Under the pieces are notes generated by a model. The model was not told the DNA's origin and made no database searches. It was given only the letters and a program-made list of their open reading frames with translations. From assembly GCF_009914755.1 (NCBI RefSeq), contig NC_060937.1: 64,000 nt of DNA; one strand, given 5' to 3'. A program made the translations under genes and the position numbers. Shown piece after piece: positions 26,282-40,335 of the stretch. The first letter of the stretch is position 1. Every line of letters starts with the position of its first letter. The stretch is from the human T2T-CHM13v2.0 reference genome, Homo sapiens.

Positions 26282-26475
26282 CAGATTTACTGAGGGCCTC
26301 CTCTGCGCCTGGCCCTGAGTGGTTTCTCTTATGTGATCTCATTTAATCTTCACAGCACATTCAAGTAGGGAATATCTTTTTAGTGTGACCGATGAGAAAT
26401 CGGAAGCAAAGGTTAAGTAAATTGCCCATGGCTAAGCTGTGACCACGTTCGAATGGAGGGCTCTGAGGCCATCAT
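26282..26475 (-). mobile_element. MIR
   Basis: ATCTCATTTAATCTTCACAGC...GATGAGAAATCGGAAGCAAAGGTTAAGTAAATTGCCC. Confidence 0.65.
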
Positions 26476-27079
26476 CTAAGCCATGCTGGCCAGTCCTCAT
26501 TCTGGATGAATTCCCTGAGAAGTTGAAATGCTCTTTTTGCTGGTCTTATGTGAATTTCTACTCAGCGGTGGAGGGGAGGGGAATGCAGTGTGTTTGTACC
26601 AAAACCATTCCGAAGTTTCAGCTTCTAATCCTCTTGTGTCATATCTTCTGTTCCTATCCCACATCAGTTCCCATAGGCAGACACATGTTCTTATGATGTG
26701 AACTGCTGAGCTGCTTCTCATGGTGTGAGATAATGGTTCCAATGGTGGGAAGAAATGGAATGGTATGCGTACCCTGACCATTTCTTTATATTCTACTTAG
26801 ATATCTTTCATCTTTTATAATCAACATACAAGAAAAAAGCTGAGGCCTTTCTGGGAAGGTGGTGACTGGAATGCATCCCACCTTCCTTCCATTTCCAACT
26901 CCAGCTCCTCTACTCCTTCTGATGAGGCAGATCTGACTCTACGTGTGAGTGAGGCCTCAGCTGGGGATTGCGGAGCTTCCTAGCCCACTTCTGGCTGGGG
27001 CAGTGGCTTGATGCATACCATTAAATGACCAGAAATGAATATGAGTCCTAGGACTGACTGTTGTATGAATCTGTTGAAA

Positions 27080-27527
27080 TATTCTGAACAGATTTTTTTT
27101 AAAAATGATGGCATCAACATCTGAAGAATGGATGTTAGTAGCTTGGATGAAAATCCTGGAAAGAATAATGGAGCATTCTTTCAGGAACTCTCTCGATGGT
27201 AGAGAAGATGATATTTTGTGGGAAAACAAATTGTCACAACTGAGTTAATGACCAGTTTAGGATTCTATGGGAAGACGCTTTAGGAGTGCCTTACCCAATT
27301 TATTGGGTCAAATTCTCGTTTTTATTAATGCACAAGAGTAAAACATAATAAAAATATGTATCTGTCTAAGCCTGAAAGAGCTCCTTCAATAACTATAAAA
27401 TAAATCTCCAAGTTATAAGAAAGCATTATGTTCTAATTGAATCAAAAGTGTTTTTTCTTTCTTAGTGGTACATAAAATAATGGTTCATTTTACAATAGAT
27501 GAAATCTTGGATCCAAAGAAATATGCT
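27080..27527 (+). mobile_element. TcMar-Tc2 (Kanga/MER104-like) DNA transposon relic
   Basis: Terminus TTACAATAGATGAAATCTTGGATCCAAAGAAATATG resembles the Kanga/MER104 end. Confidence 0.5.
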
Positions 27528-28047
27528 ACATACTTTAGGTGGAAGAAAATATATTTGTAAGTATGTAAGTATGCAATGATTTAAGGAATGTATAATCCAC
27601 ATCTGAAGAGAATATTTGAAAGAAAAAGAAACATAAATAAAAAATTAGAATAGCAAGATGGAATATAATGAAGAAAGAAAAAAATGGTTAGCAGTGAACC
27701 TTCCAGTATGTAGTTAAGGAACGTTACCCATGGAGACAGATCAGCACTGGATGCTCAGAGGCTTATCACAATGGAGGCTCACTTCTCACTCATGTGAGAA
27801 CATTGTGGAGGTTGTGGGGGAGGCCCTCCACTCCTATCAGGGCCACAGCTGTGAAGGCTCTGCTGTGTTCAATTCATCCCTCCCAAGCTTGCCCATGGTG
27901 TCTAGCCAGGAGAGAGAGAGAGAGAGAGAGAATATGAGAATCCAGAAATCGGAGACTGTGCAAAGTTGCAAAGGTCATCTGCTTCTAGACTTTTTGATAA
28001 ATCGAGAAATATTGTGAACGACTAGTCCCCATTAAGATTAAATTTTA

Positions 28048-28358
<311 letters not shown>

Positions 28359-28837
28359 TTAAATTTAGTACCATGGAAAATATCATATTAATGGGATGGC
28401 ATTTTCACCAACTATTTCAAGGAATTTGAGAGAGGCATGGAGGCCAAGGGCCATGGATAATAAGAACAAGTTATTCATCCAGAGAATAAAATCACGGCCT
28501 CAGCGAGCAACATCCCCAACCTCAGGCTGGGCCTTCATTGTTCCTGCCAAGCAAGCCTTCACAATCTTTGTGGACTCATAACTACTGTGACTCTTCCAAT
28601 TCTTTCTGCTTCCAAAAGGGAGTTTTTACCGGGGTTATTCTATCTCTGCTTGGGACATTCCAGATTGGGTCTGTGTGGCGTACATGTGTGGTGGGGTGGT
28701 AAACTTGTCTTTTTATTTCTTAGGTCACTGCTGCTCAGGGCTATAGCTTCTCCTGATGGAGAAGACTTTACATCACTGGAAAGTTTCTGGATTTTGAGCT
28801 GGATGTGGTGACGAGGTGATTTTGGGTTGCATTTCTT

Positions 28838-29133
28838 TTCTTTTCCTTTTTGAGTTGAGGAGGTCTTGCTTTGTTGCCCAGGCTGGAGTGCAGTGGTGCA
28901 GTCATAGCTCACTGCAGCCTTGACTTCTGGGCTCAAGGGATTCTCTCACCTCAGCCTCCCGAGTAGCTGGGACTGTAGGCATGCACAATCACACCCAGCT
29001 AAATTAATTTTTTTGGAGAGATGGGGTCTTACTATGTTGTCCAGGCTGGTCTCAAGCTCCTGGCCTCAAGTGTTCCTCCCACCTCACCCTCCCAAAGTGC
29101 TGGAATTACAGGCATAAGCCATTGTGCCTGGAC
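28838..29133 (-). mobile_element. AluJ-type element
   Basis: Full dimer; 15-bp TSD TGGGTTGCATTTCTT at 28823-28837 and 29134-29148. Confidence 0.92.
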
Positions 29134-29189
29134 TGGGTTGCATTTCTTGAGTGAGGTTGAGTAGTTCTTCATCAACTGGATATTTAATG

Positions 29190-29570
29190 ACTAGAATTTA
29201 TGGGCCAAATATATTTCCACTTCGTCCTGGGGGCATAGCAAAGCTATACTTCTCCAACTTCTTTGCAGTTTGGTGTAGCCACGGGACTGAGATCTGGCTG
29301 GTGGAATGCAGGTGGAAGGGCTGTAAGCTTCCCTCAGGCTGGCCTGTGCTGTCCCTTTCTCTCCCTGCCAGTCAGATGCTGACACTTAGGGTGAAGCCAG
29401 GAGTTGGAAAGACAAAGTCTTTCAACCTAGATTTCTGAGTGACTGCACAGAGCAGGGTTTCCTCCCTCAGATTTGACTTTACAGAAATGTGAAAGAATCT
29501 GACATTGTCTCAGGCCTCTTTGATTTCAAGATTTACCTGTTACAGCAGTTGGTGTTACATTAGCTATTGC
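29190..29570 (+). mobile_element. MLT1-type MaLR LTR (degraded)
   Basis: TTGCAGTTTGGTGTAGCCACGGGACTGAGATCTGGCTGGTGGAATG and TGTTACAGCAG 3' motif. Confidence 0.55.
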
Positions 29571-29592
29571 TATGGTGAAACATTACTGGAGA

Positions 29593-29765
29593 GCTGGGTA
29601 CAGTGGCTCACACCTGTAATTTCAGTGCTTTGGGAGGCAGAGGTGGAAGGATCCCTTGAGCCCAGGAGTTCGAGGCTGCTATGATTGCGCCACTGCACTC
29701 CAGCCTAGGTGGCAGAGTGAGACTTTGTCTCTAAAAAATAAATAAATAAATAAATAAATAATAAA
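29593..29765 (+). mobile_element. Alu monomer/internally deleted AluJ with (TAAA)n tail
   Basis: GCTGGGTACAGTGGCTCACACC...GAGCCCAGGAGTTCGAGGCTG...CACTGCACTCCAGCCT. Confidence 0.8.
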
Positions 29766-30466
29766 ATGATTGGAAAATGTCAGATTGGAAGTGTGTAATA
29801 TGAATATTAAATGAGTAGTCTTGAAATACAAGGGACAAAGAAAGTTTTAATAATATTCTGGAAAACAAAGTGCTAAACTATCTTACATAAACATAGAAAT
29901 TGAGATGGGGAGAAAGAAGGGATAGTAAAGGCATTCCAAAATATCTGCATAGAACGCTCAGTCCTATGACATTTATAATAAACATGTGTTAGTTGATAAA
30001 AGTCAAACAAAATTATAGGCAAAGAGACAGAAGGCAAAGGCAAAGAAAGAAAGAAATGGCAACACTAGGCAAAGTAGAATTTAAGGTTAAAACATTCAAC
30101 AAGATAAACAGAAACATGTTGCAGTGATTGAAGTTTCAATTTATGAAGAATATATGCTAAACATAACCTTATGCATAAATATAGTAGCAACATAGTGCAA
30201 TCTACTAGAAATTCAGGAAAAGCAATTAGAGCAGGAAATTTTTTTACATTCCTTTTAAATTTGACCAGACATAAATAGTAGATAAACAAGAGGAAGGACA
30301 TAGAGGAATTAAATAATACAATCAACATTAATTGTTTTAATAGATTTGTCTAGAATAGTATATCCTTTAAGAAGCAAACGTACTTTTTGTTTGTTCAAAA
30401 AACAAAATAATTCATAATGTATTTTGTTATAAGGAATCCCCCACAAATCGAAGAAAATAGAAATTT

Positions 30467-33400
30467 ATTTTTTATTTCTATTTCTTATTATACTTTAAGT
30501 TCTGGGGTACATGTGCAGAATGTGCAGGTTTGTTACATAGGTATACATGTGCCATGGTGGTTTGCTGCACCCATCAACCTATCATCTACATTAGGTATTT
30601 CTCCTAATGTTATCCCTCCCCTTTTACCTCACTCCCTGACAGGCCCCTTTGTGTAATGCTCCCCACCGTGCCCATATGTTCTCATTGTTCAACTCCCACT
30701 TATGAGTGAGAAAATGCAGTGTTTGGTTTTCTGTTCCTGTGTTAGTTTGCTGAGAATGATGGTTTCTAGCTTCATCCATGTCCTTGCAAAGGACATGAAC
30801 TCATTCTTTTTTATGGCTGCATAGTATTCCATGGTATATATGTGCCACATTTTCTTAATCCAGTCTATCATTGATGGGCATTTGGGTTGGTTCCAAGTCT
30901 TTGCTATTATGAACAGTGCTGCAATAAACATATGTATGCATGTGTCTTTGTAGCAGAATGATTTATAATCCTTTGGTATATACCCAGTAATGGGATTGCT
31001 GGGTCAAATGGTATTTCTGGTTCTAGATCCTTGAGGAATCGCCACAGTGTCTTCCACAATGGTTGAACTAATTTACACTCCCACCAACAGTGTAAAAGCA
31101 TTCCTATTTCTCCACATCCTCTCCAGAATCTGTTGTTTCCCAACTTTTTAGTAATTGCCATTCTAACTGGTGTGAGATGGTATCTCATTGTGGTTTTCAT
31201 TTGCATTTCTCTAATGACCAGTGATGATGAGCTTTTTTTCATATGTTTGTTGGCCGCATAAATGTCTTCTTTTGAAAAGTGTCTGTTCATATCCTTTGCT
31301 GACTTTTTGATGGGATTGTTTTTTTCTTGTAAATTTAAGTTCCTTGTAGATTCTGGATATTAGGCCTTTGTCAGATGGATAGATTGCAAAAATTTTCTCC
31401 CATTCTGTGGGTTGCCTCTTCACTCTGATGATAGTTTCTTTGGCTGTGCAGAAGCTCTTTAGTTTAATTAGATCCCATTTGTCAATTTTCGCTTTTGTTG
31501 CCATTGCTTTTGGTGTTGTAATCATGAAGGTATTGCCCATGCCTATGTCCTGAATGGTATTGCCTAGGTTTTCTTCTAGGGTTTTTATGGTTTTAGGTCT
31601 TACGTTTAAGTCTTTAACCCATCTTGGTTAATTTTTGTATAAGGTGTAAGGAAGGGGTCCAGTTTCAGTTTTCTGCCTATGGCTAGCCAGTTTTCCCAGC
31701 ACCATTTATTAAATAGAGAATCCCTTCCCCATTGCTTGTTTTTGTCAGGTTTGTCAAAGATCAGATGGTTGTAGATGTGTGGTGGTATTTCTGAGGCCTC
31801 TGTTCTGTTCCATTGATCCAATAATAGACAATATATCTGTTTTGGTACCAGTACCATGCTGTTTTGGTTAGTGTGTCCTTGTAGTATAGTTTGAAGTCAG
31901 GTAGCATGATGCCTCAAGCTTTGTTCTTTTTGCTTAGGATTGTCTTGGCTACACGGGTTCTTTTTTGGTTTCATATGAAATTTAAAGTAGCTTTTTCTAA
32001 TTCTGTGAAGAAAGTCAATGGTAGCTTGATGGGAATAGCATTTAATGTATAAATTACTTTGGGCAGTATGGCCATTTTCATGATACCAATTCTTCCTATC
32101 CATGAGCATGGAATGTTTTTTCATTTGTTTGTGTTCTTTCTTATTTTCTTGAGCAGTGGTTTGTAGTTCTCCTTGAAGAGGTCCTTCACATCCCTTGTAA
32201 GTTGTATTCCTAGGTATTTTATTCTCTCTGCAGCAATTGTGAGTGAGAGTTCTCTCATGATTTGGCTCTCTCTTTGTCTATTATTGGTGTATAGGAATGC
32301 CTTTGATTTTTGCACATTAATTTTGTATCCTGAGACTTTGCTGAAATTGCTTATCAGCTTAAGGAGCTTTTGGGCTGAGGCAGTGGGGTTTTCTAAATAT
32401 ACAATCGTGTCATCTGCAAACAGAGACAATTTGACTTCCTCTCTTCCTATTTGAATACGCTTTATTTCTTTCTCTTGCCTGCTTGCCCTGGCCAGAACTT
32501 CCAATACTATGTTGAATGGAGTGGTAAGAGAGGGCATCGTTGTCTTGTGCCAGTTTTCAAAGGGAATGCTTCCAGCTTTTGCCCATTCAATATGATATTG
32601 GCTGTGGGTTTATCATAAATAGCTCTTATTATTTTGAGATATGTTCCATCAATACCTAGTTTATTGCGTGTTTTTAGCATGAAAGGCTGTTGAATTTTAT
32701 TGAAGGCCTTTTCTGCATCTATTGAGATAATCATGTGGTTTTTGTCATTGGTTCTGTTTATGTGATGGATTATGTTTATTGACTTGTGTATGTTGATCCA
32801 GCCTTGCATCCCAGGGATGAAGCCAACTTGATTATGGTGGATAAGCTTTTTAATGTGCTGCTTGATTCAGTTTGCTAGTATTTTATTGAGGGTTTTCACA
32901 TTGATGTTCCTCAGGGATGTTGGCCTGACATTTCCTTTTTTTGTCGTGTCTCTGCTGGATTTTGGTATCAGGACGATGCTGGCCTCATAAAATGAGTTAG
33001 GGAGGAGTTCCTCTTTTTCTATTGTTTGGAATAGTTTCAGAAGGAATGGTACCAGCTCCTCTTTATACCTCTGGTAGAATTTGGCTGTGAATCCGTCTGA
33101 TCCTGGGCTTTTTTTGGTTGGTAGGCTATTAATTATTGCCTCAATTTCAGAACTTGTTATTGGTCTATTCAGGGATTCGACTTCTTCCTGGTTTAGTCTT
33201 GGGAGGGTGTTTGTGTCCAGGAATTTACCCATTTCTTCTAGATTTTCTAGTTTATTTGTGTAGAGGTGTTTATAGTATTCTCTGATGGTAGTTTGTATTT
33301 CTGTGGGATCAGTGGTGATCTCCCCTTTATCAGTTTTTATTGTGTCTGTTTGATTCTTCTCTCTTTTCTTCTTTATTAGTCTGGCTAGCTGTCTATCTAT

Positions 33401-36400
33401 TTATTTAATTTTTATAAAAAACCAGCTCCTGGATTCATTGATTTTTTTGAAGGGTTTTTCGTGTCTCTATCTCATTCAGTTCTGCTCTGATCTTAGCTAT
33501 TTCTTGTCTTCTGCTAGCTTTTGAATTCGTTTGCTCTTGTTTCTCTAATTCTTTTAATTGTGATGTGAGGGTATCGATGTTAGATCTTTCCTGCTTTCTC
33601 CTGTGGACATTTAGTGCTGTAAATTTCCTTCTAAACACTGCTTTAGCTGTGTCCAAGAGATTCTGGTACATTGTGTCTTTGTTCTCATTGGTTTCAAATA
33701 ACTTATTTATTTCTGCCTTAATTTTGTTATTTACCCAGTAGTCATTCAGGGGCAGGTTGTTGAATTTCCATTTAGTTGTGCGGTTTTGAGTGAGTTTCTT
33801 AATCCTGAATTCTAATTTGATTGCACTGTGTCTGGGAGACTGTTATGATTTCAGTGCTTTTGCATTTGCTGAGGAGTGTTTTACTTCCAATTATGTGGTC
33901 GATTTTAGAATAAGTGCTATATGGTGCTGAGGAGAATGTATATTCTGTTGATTTGGGGTGGAGAGTTCTGTAGATGTCTATTAGGTCTGCTTGGTCAAGA
34001 GCTGAGTTTAAGTCCTGAATATCCTTGTTAATTTTCTGTCTCGTTGATCTGTCTAACATTGACAGTTGTATGTTAATGTCTCCCACTATTATTGTGTGGG
34101 AGTCTAAGTCTCTTTGTGAGTCTCTAAGAACTTGCTTTATAAATCTGGGTGCTCCTGTATTGGGTGCATATATATTTAGAATAGTTAGCTCTTCTTGTTG
34201 CATTGATCCCTTTACCATTATGTAATGCCCTTATCTGTTTTTCTTTTATCTTTGTTGGTTTAAAGTCTGTTTTATTAGAGACTAGGATTGCAACCCGTGT
34301 GTGTTTTTTTTTTTTTTTTTTGCTTTCCATTTGGTTGATAAATCTTCCTCCATCCCTTTATTTTGAGCCTATGTGCATCTTTGAACATGAGATGGGTCTC
34401 CTGAATACAGCACACTGATGGGTCTTGACTCTATCCAATTTGCCAGCCTGTGTCCTTTAATTAGGGCATTTAGCCCATTTACACTTAAAGTTAATAGAGT
34501 TATGTGTGAATCTGATCCTGTCATTATGATCCTAGCTGGTTATTTTGCCCATTAGTTGATGCAGTTTCTTCATAGTGTCAATAGTCTTTACATTTTGGTG
34601 TGTTTTTGCAGTAGCTGGTACCGGTTTTTCTTTTCCATATTTAGTGCTTCCTTCAGGAGCTCTTGTAAGGGAGGCCTGGTGGTGACAAAATCCCTGAGCA
34701 TTTGCTTGTCTGTAAAGGATTTTATTTCTCCTTCAGTTATGAAGCTTAGTTTGGTTGCATATGAAATTATGGGTTGAAAATTCTTTTCTTTAAGAATGTT
34801 GAACATCGGCCCCCGCTCTCTTCTGGCCTGTACAGTTTCTGCAGAGAGGTCTGCTGTTAATCTGATGGGCTTGCCTTTGTGGGTAACTCAACCTTTATCT
34901 CTGGCTGTCCTTAACATTTTTTCCTTCATTTCAACTTTGGTGAATCTGATGATTATGTGTCTTGGGGTTGCTCTTCTCCAGGAGTATCTTTGTAGTGTTC
35001 TCGTATTTCCTGAATTTGAATGTTGGCCTGTCTTGCTAGGTTGGAGTTTTCCTGGATAATATCCTGAAGTGTGTTTTTCCACTTGATTCCATTCTCCCCG
35101 TCACTTTCAGGTACACCAATCAAACGTAGATTTGGTGTTTTCACATAGTCCCATATTTCTTGGAGGCTTTGTTCATTCCTTTTCTTTCTTTTTTCTCTAA
35201 TCTTGTCTTCATGCTTTATTTCATTAAGTTGATCTTCAATCTCTGATATCCTTTCTTCTTCTTGTTTGATTCAGCTATTGATATTGTGTATGCTTCATGA
35301 AGTTTTCATGCTGTGTTTTTCTGCTCCCTCAGGTCATTTATATTCTTCTCTAAAGTGGATATTCTAGTTAGCAGTTCCTGTAACCTTTTATCAAGGTTCT
35401 TAGCTTCCTTGCATTGGGTTAGAACATGCTCCTTTAGCTCGGAGGAGTTTGTTATTGCCCACCTTCTGAAGCCTACTTCTGTCAATTCATCAAATTTATT
35501 CTCCGTCCAGTTTTGTTCCCTTGCTGGTGAGGAGTTGTGATCCTTTGGAGAAGAGGCTTTCTAATTTTTGGAATTTTCAGCCTTTGTGCACTGGTTTTTC
35601 CTCATCTTCGTGGATTTATCTACCTTTGATCTTTGCTGTTGCTGACCTAAGGATGGAGTTTTTGCATGGGTGTACTTTTTGTTGATGTTGATGCTATTGC
35701 TTTCTGTTTGTTAGTTTTCCTTCTAACAGTCAAGCCCCTCTTCTGCAGGTCTGCTGGAGTTTGTTGGAGTTCCACTCCAGACCCTGTTTGTCTGGGTATC
35801 ACCAGTGGAGGCTGCAGAACAGCAAATATTGCGGCCTGCTCCTTCCTCTGGAAGCTTTGTCCCAGAAGGGCACCTGCCAGATGGCAGCTGGAGCTCTCCT
35901 GTATGAGGTGTCTGTCGACCCCTGCTTGGAGGTGTCTCCCTGTCAGGAGGCATGGGGGTCAGGGACCCACTTGAGGAGGCAGTCTGTCCCTTAGCAGAGC
36001 TCGAGCACAGTTCTGGGAGATCTGCTACACTCTTTAGAACCGGCATGTGGGAATGTTTAAGTCTGTGGAAGCTGTACCCACAGCCATCCCTTCCCCTAGG
36101 TGCTTTATCCCAGGGAGATGGAGGTTTTATGTATAAGCCCCTGACTGGGGCTGCTGCCTTTCTTTCAGAGATGCCCTGCCCAGAGAAGAGGAATCTTCAG
36201 AGGTAGTCTGGCTACAGCAGCTTTGCCATGCTGCGGTGGGTTTGGCACCCAGTTCGAACTTCCCGGTGGCTTTGTGTACACTATGAGGGGAAAACCGCCT
36301 ACTCAAGCCTCAGTAATGGCAGACGCCCCTCTCCCCATGAAGCTTGAGCATCCCAGGTCAACTTTAGACTGTTGTGCTGGCAGTGAGAATTTCAAGCCCG

Positions 36401-36944
36401 TTGGTCTTAGCTTGTTGGGCTCCATGGGGGTGGGATTTGTTGAGCAAGACCATTTGGCTCCCTGGCTTCAGCCCCCTTTTTAGGGGAGTGAACAGTTGTG
36501 TTGCGGTGTTCCAGGCGCACTGTGGTATGAAAAAAACCTCCTGCAGCTAGCTCGGTGTCTGCCCAAATGGCCACCCAGTTTTGTGCTTAAAATCCAGGGT
36601 CCTGGTTGTATAGGCACCCAAGGGAATCTCCTGGTCTGTGGGTTGTGAAGATAGTGGAAAAACGTAGTATGTGGGCTGGAGAGCACCATCCCTAATGCCA
36701 CAGTCCCTCATGACTTCCTTTGTTTAGGAGGGGTAATGCCCTGACCCCTTGCACTTCCCGGGTGAGGTGATGCCTCATCCTGCTTCTGCTTGTCCTCCAT
36801 GGGCTGCACCCACTGTCTAACCATTCCCAGTGAGATGAACTGGGTACCTCAGTTGAAAATGCAGAAATCACCCATCATCTGTTTAGGTCTTGCTGGGAGC
36901 TGCACATTGGAGCTGTTCCTATTTGGCCATCTTGGCCTGGAATT
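30467..36944 (-). mobile_element. Full-length degraded LINE-1 (L1PA7-like)
   Basis: 3' UTR at left, ORF2/ORF1 fragments, 5' UTR; TSD GAAAATAGA(A/G)ATTT at 30453-30466 and 36945-36958. Confidence 0.95.
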
Positions 36945-37070
36945 GAAAATAGAGATTTCAAAGTCACCTTCTCTGGTAACAATCAAATAACAGTAAAATA
37001 ATAAGAAAACGATTCTTCTTACTGCTGCTCTCACCTCTCTCAAAATTTGACTATTTGAAAATCAAGACTT

Positions 37071-39381
37071 GGCTACTCTGTCTATTGAGTAGCCATTCTT
37101 TTATTCCTTTACTTTCCTAATAAATTTGCTTTCACTTTGTGGACTCACCCTGAATTCTTTCTTGTGTGAGATCTGAGAACCCTCTCTTGGGGTTCTCAGG
37201 GCCCAGAACAGAAAGGGATCAGGACCCCTTTCCTGTAACATCTTTCTGGTGACCACTGAAGAGACTATAGTATGGAAACCCCTAGCTTTTGGTAAGTGGT
37301 GAGGTCCAGTAACATGTTTCTTCTGGTGAAACATGGAAGGGACGATACTGAGGAGACTCCAATCCAAAGGAAATAGACTGCAGAACTGATCGGGGCTGAC
37401 TTTTTCTAGGTAAGACCTAGCACACGTGAAGTTAGATGCTGGAAAGAATCAGACCTTATCTGCACTTCTGTCTGCTGTCCTAGGCTCTACACCTAGCACA
37501 TAATTAAAATCCCAAACTTATTAAGGTTTTCACCAAAAGTAAAAGTCACTAAGAGTCAACACTGTAATATGAAATTGAGACTACTTAAGAAACAGTTTTA
37601 TATGTGAGTCAAGAAAACTTTTCTTTTGAGCTATTTACAGCTTTTAACAATTGAGTAACGTATACTCCTGTGAACAAAATTTGGACCATATTTGTTTCTC
37701 TCTACCTGATTTCTCCAAAATTTGAAAACTATTTGTGAGTATTCTTAACATATGGCAACATAGTTATTTGCATAAGTGCAATAAGAATCTGTTTTCTTTT
37801 GTAACAGGACACAATTGGAAAAACTGGTTATTTTACCAAGACTTTGACTGGAATGCTATGCTGTGCTTTAAGGAATCAAACTTGACTTTTAAAGCCAATA
37901 AAAGCCCCTTGGGGAACTGGCCTCATACTTTACCTATGCAGTCCCTGTAGAGGGTTTATGACCTGTGATAAGTAAAGAATGTCACTTTCTCACAGACCCA
38001 GGAGCCCCAAGTTATCTTGGGACCCCAAGAGGAGAGGAATTCACTCAACTCATAGGTATTTGAGGGTACAAACCCATGGTAGGCTTGGCTTAAAAAAAAG
38101 TCTTATCTGAGATTTCTTCTATGGAACAGAGTTCCATCAAAGCCAATTTAAAAAGAATCTATGTGAAAAATAATTATTCTTCCTGCACTTTATACAAATA
38201 ATCAGGCCAAGCATAATAATGCAAATCAGTCTTACCATGATTTGTCTTTAGTAAAAATGGGAAACAAGAGAGAAATATGTTACAAGAACTATGGTACACT
38301 TGTTACTAAATTTTAGTCTCATAAGTTATTTTTAAGTTTGTTTCTGCAATTTAGGCTAACCCTACTTATTCCTGTGAACCAACCACTGATCTCTTGACTG
38401 CTGCTCAGAAGAAACAAGAGGGATTGGGTAATGTAAAAATCTGGATCAATATTCTAATTTTGGGTACATTGGAATCAGCTAGCGACCCCATATCAGCTTG
38501 GTTCCACAGTTGCCCAGTTCATAGAACTGGAATTAGTTCTATGTAAATTAGTTTACTTGGAATAATTTTACTTATTGTGTTTTACTGTTGTTGTGGAATA
38601 AGTTGCTGCTGTGCTCTTTGTGTAGGAAGGCAGGACAAGCTTACTGAATATTTTCTTAAATTCAACATGTATTAATCTTCCAGGTATCACCTTTTGTTGG
38701 AACTGAAGAGTTATGAATGGCCCTTACCATACTGATGCTTTCTGACTGAGCTCCTCTCTACCCCAAATACAAGAGACACTCACAGTTAGGCAGGAATATC
38801 ATTATCCCTATTTAGCCTGAAGAAGTTACAGAAGATGGATCTTTATCCCTCTGCAACCCTTAGGATTAAGGGTTCTCTTATGAAAGGGAGGGGGGAAATG
38901 TCAGAGACGTTTGAACCAGAGCAACTTCATCTTGAATAGGAGCTGGGTAAAATGAGGCTAACACCTACTGGGCTATATTCCCAGATGGTTAAGGCATTCT
39001 AAGTCACAGGATGAGATAGGAGGTCAGTACAAGATACAGGTCACAAAGACCTTGCTGATAAAACAGATTGCAGTAAAGAAGATGGCCAAAACCCACAAAA
39101 ACCAAGATGGCGACAAGCGTGAACTCTGGTCGTCCTCACTGCTACACTCCCACCAGCACCGTGACAGTTTACAAATGCCATGACAATGTCCAGAAGTTAA
39201 CCTATATGGTCTAAAAAAGGGATGCATGAATAATCCACCCCTTGTTTAGCATATCATCAAGAAATAAACATAAAAATGGGGAACCAGCAACCCTTGGGGT
39301 TGCTCTGTCTATGGAGTAGCCATTCTTTTATTCCTTCACTTTCCTAATAAACTTGCTTTCACTTGAAAAAAAAAAAAAAGA
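37071..39381 (+). mobile_element. MER41A-type ERV1 processed retrocopy (R-U5, internal, U3-R, polyA)
   Basis: R-U5 37071-37240 ending TGTAACA; PBS-like TGGTGACCAC; polypurine tract 38882-38898; U3-R from 38899 (TGTCAGAGACGTTTGAACCAGAGCAAC); A14 at 39366-39379; 14-bp TSD. Confidence 0.88.
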
Positions 39382-40192
39382 GAAAATCAAGACTTTTCTA
39401 GATAACTTTTGAATTGAAGAGGAAATTGAAATTACAAATGATCCAGAAGACAGAAAATGAAAACACATTGTACCTTTATTATTAAAGAAGACAGATAAAA
39501 CAAGGATTTTAGCTTCATCTTAAGAAATTAGAAAAAAAAGTAACAAAGCAACTTACAGAGAGCTGAAATTAATAAAATGGAACTCTCTCCAAATGTGGAA
39601 GTTAAATGAGATGATTTCTTTAAAAAATCAATAAAAGAGAGAATAAATTCCTTGCAAGAAAGCCTGATTAATGTTGGTGGTGAGAGAAAAGAGGGTGAGA
39701 GAATGAGAATGAGAGAGAGAGAGACTGAGAATATATATTAGATTATGATACAAATGTGAGGGCACAACTACTGGCCCATGAGAAATCATAATTTAAGTCA
39801 CTAAAATTGACTAAAGAAGTTGAAAACTCGACTAGACCAATTAATTACCATGAAATAAGTTCAAAAAGGTATGAGGACCAGATGAATTTACTGTTGAATT
39901 CTGTCTAATTCTTACAGACCAGATAATTCCAATATTATATAAATGATCCTAGATCAAAGGAAATGAGGGAGGTATTCTCACTTCATTTTGTGAACTCAGT
40001 ATGATTTTAACATTAAAAATTGATAATGATATAGAGAAAACTATAGACTAATTTTATTTATTATGTATGCAAAAATTCCTAAAAAATTATTAATACATGT
40101 AATCCAGTAATTAAAAAACAACTAATAACTATGAGCAACTAGGGTTTAGTCAAAGTGTGCAAGCATAATAAAATATAAGGAATTATATTTTA

Positions 40193-40335
<143 letters not shown>

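Noticed and set aside
26063-26293. 76-aa ORF with protein-like composition
   Set aside because: Non-ATG start, no convincing splice sites, flanked by MIR fragments, no recognised homology.
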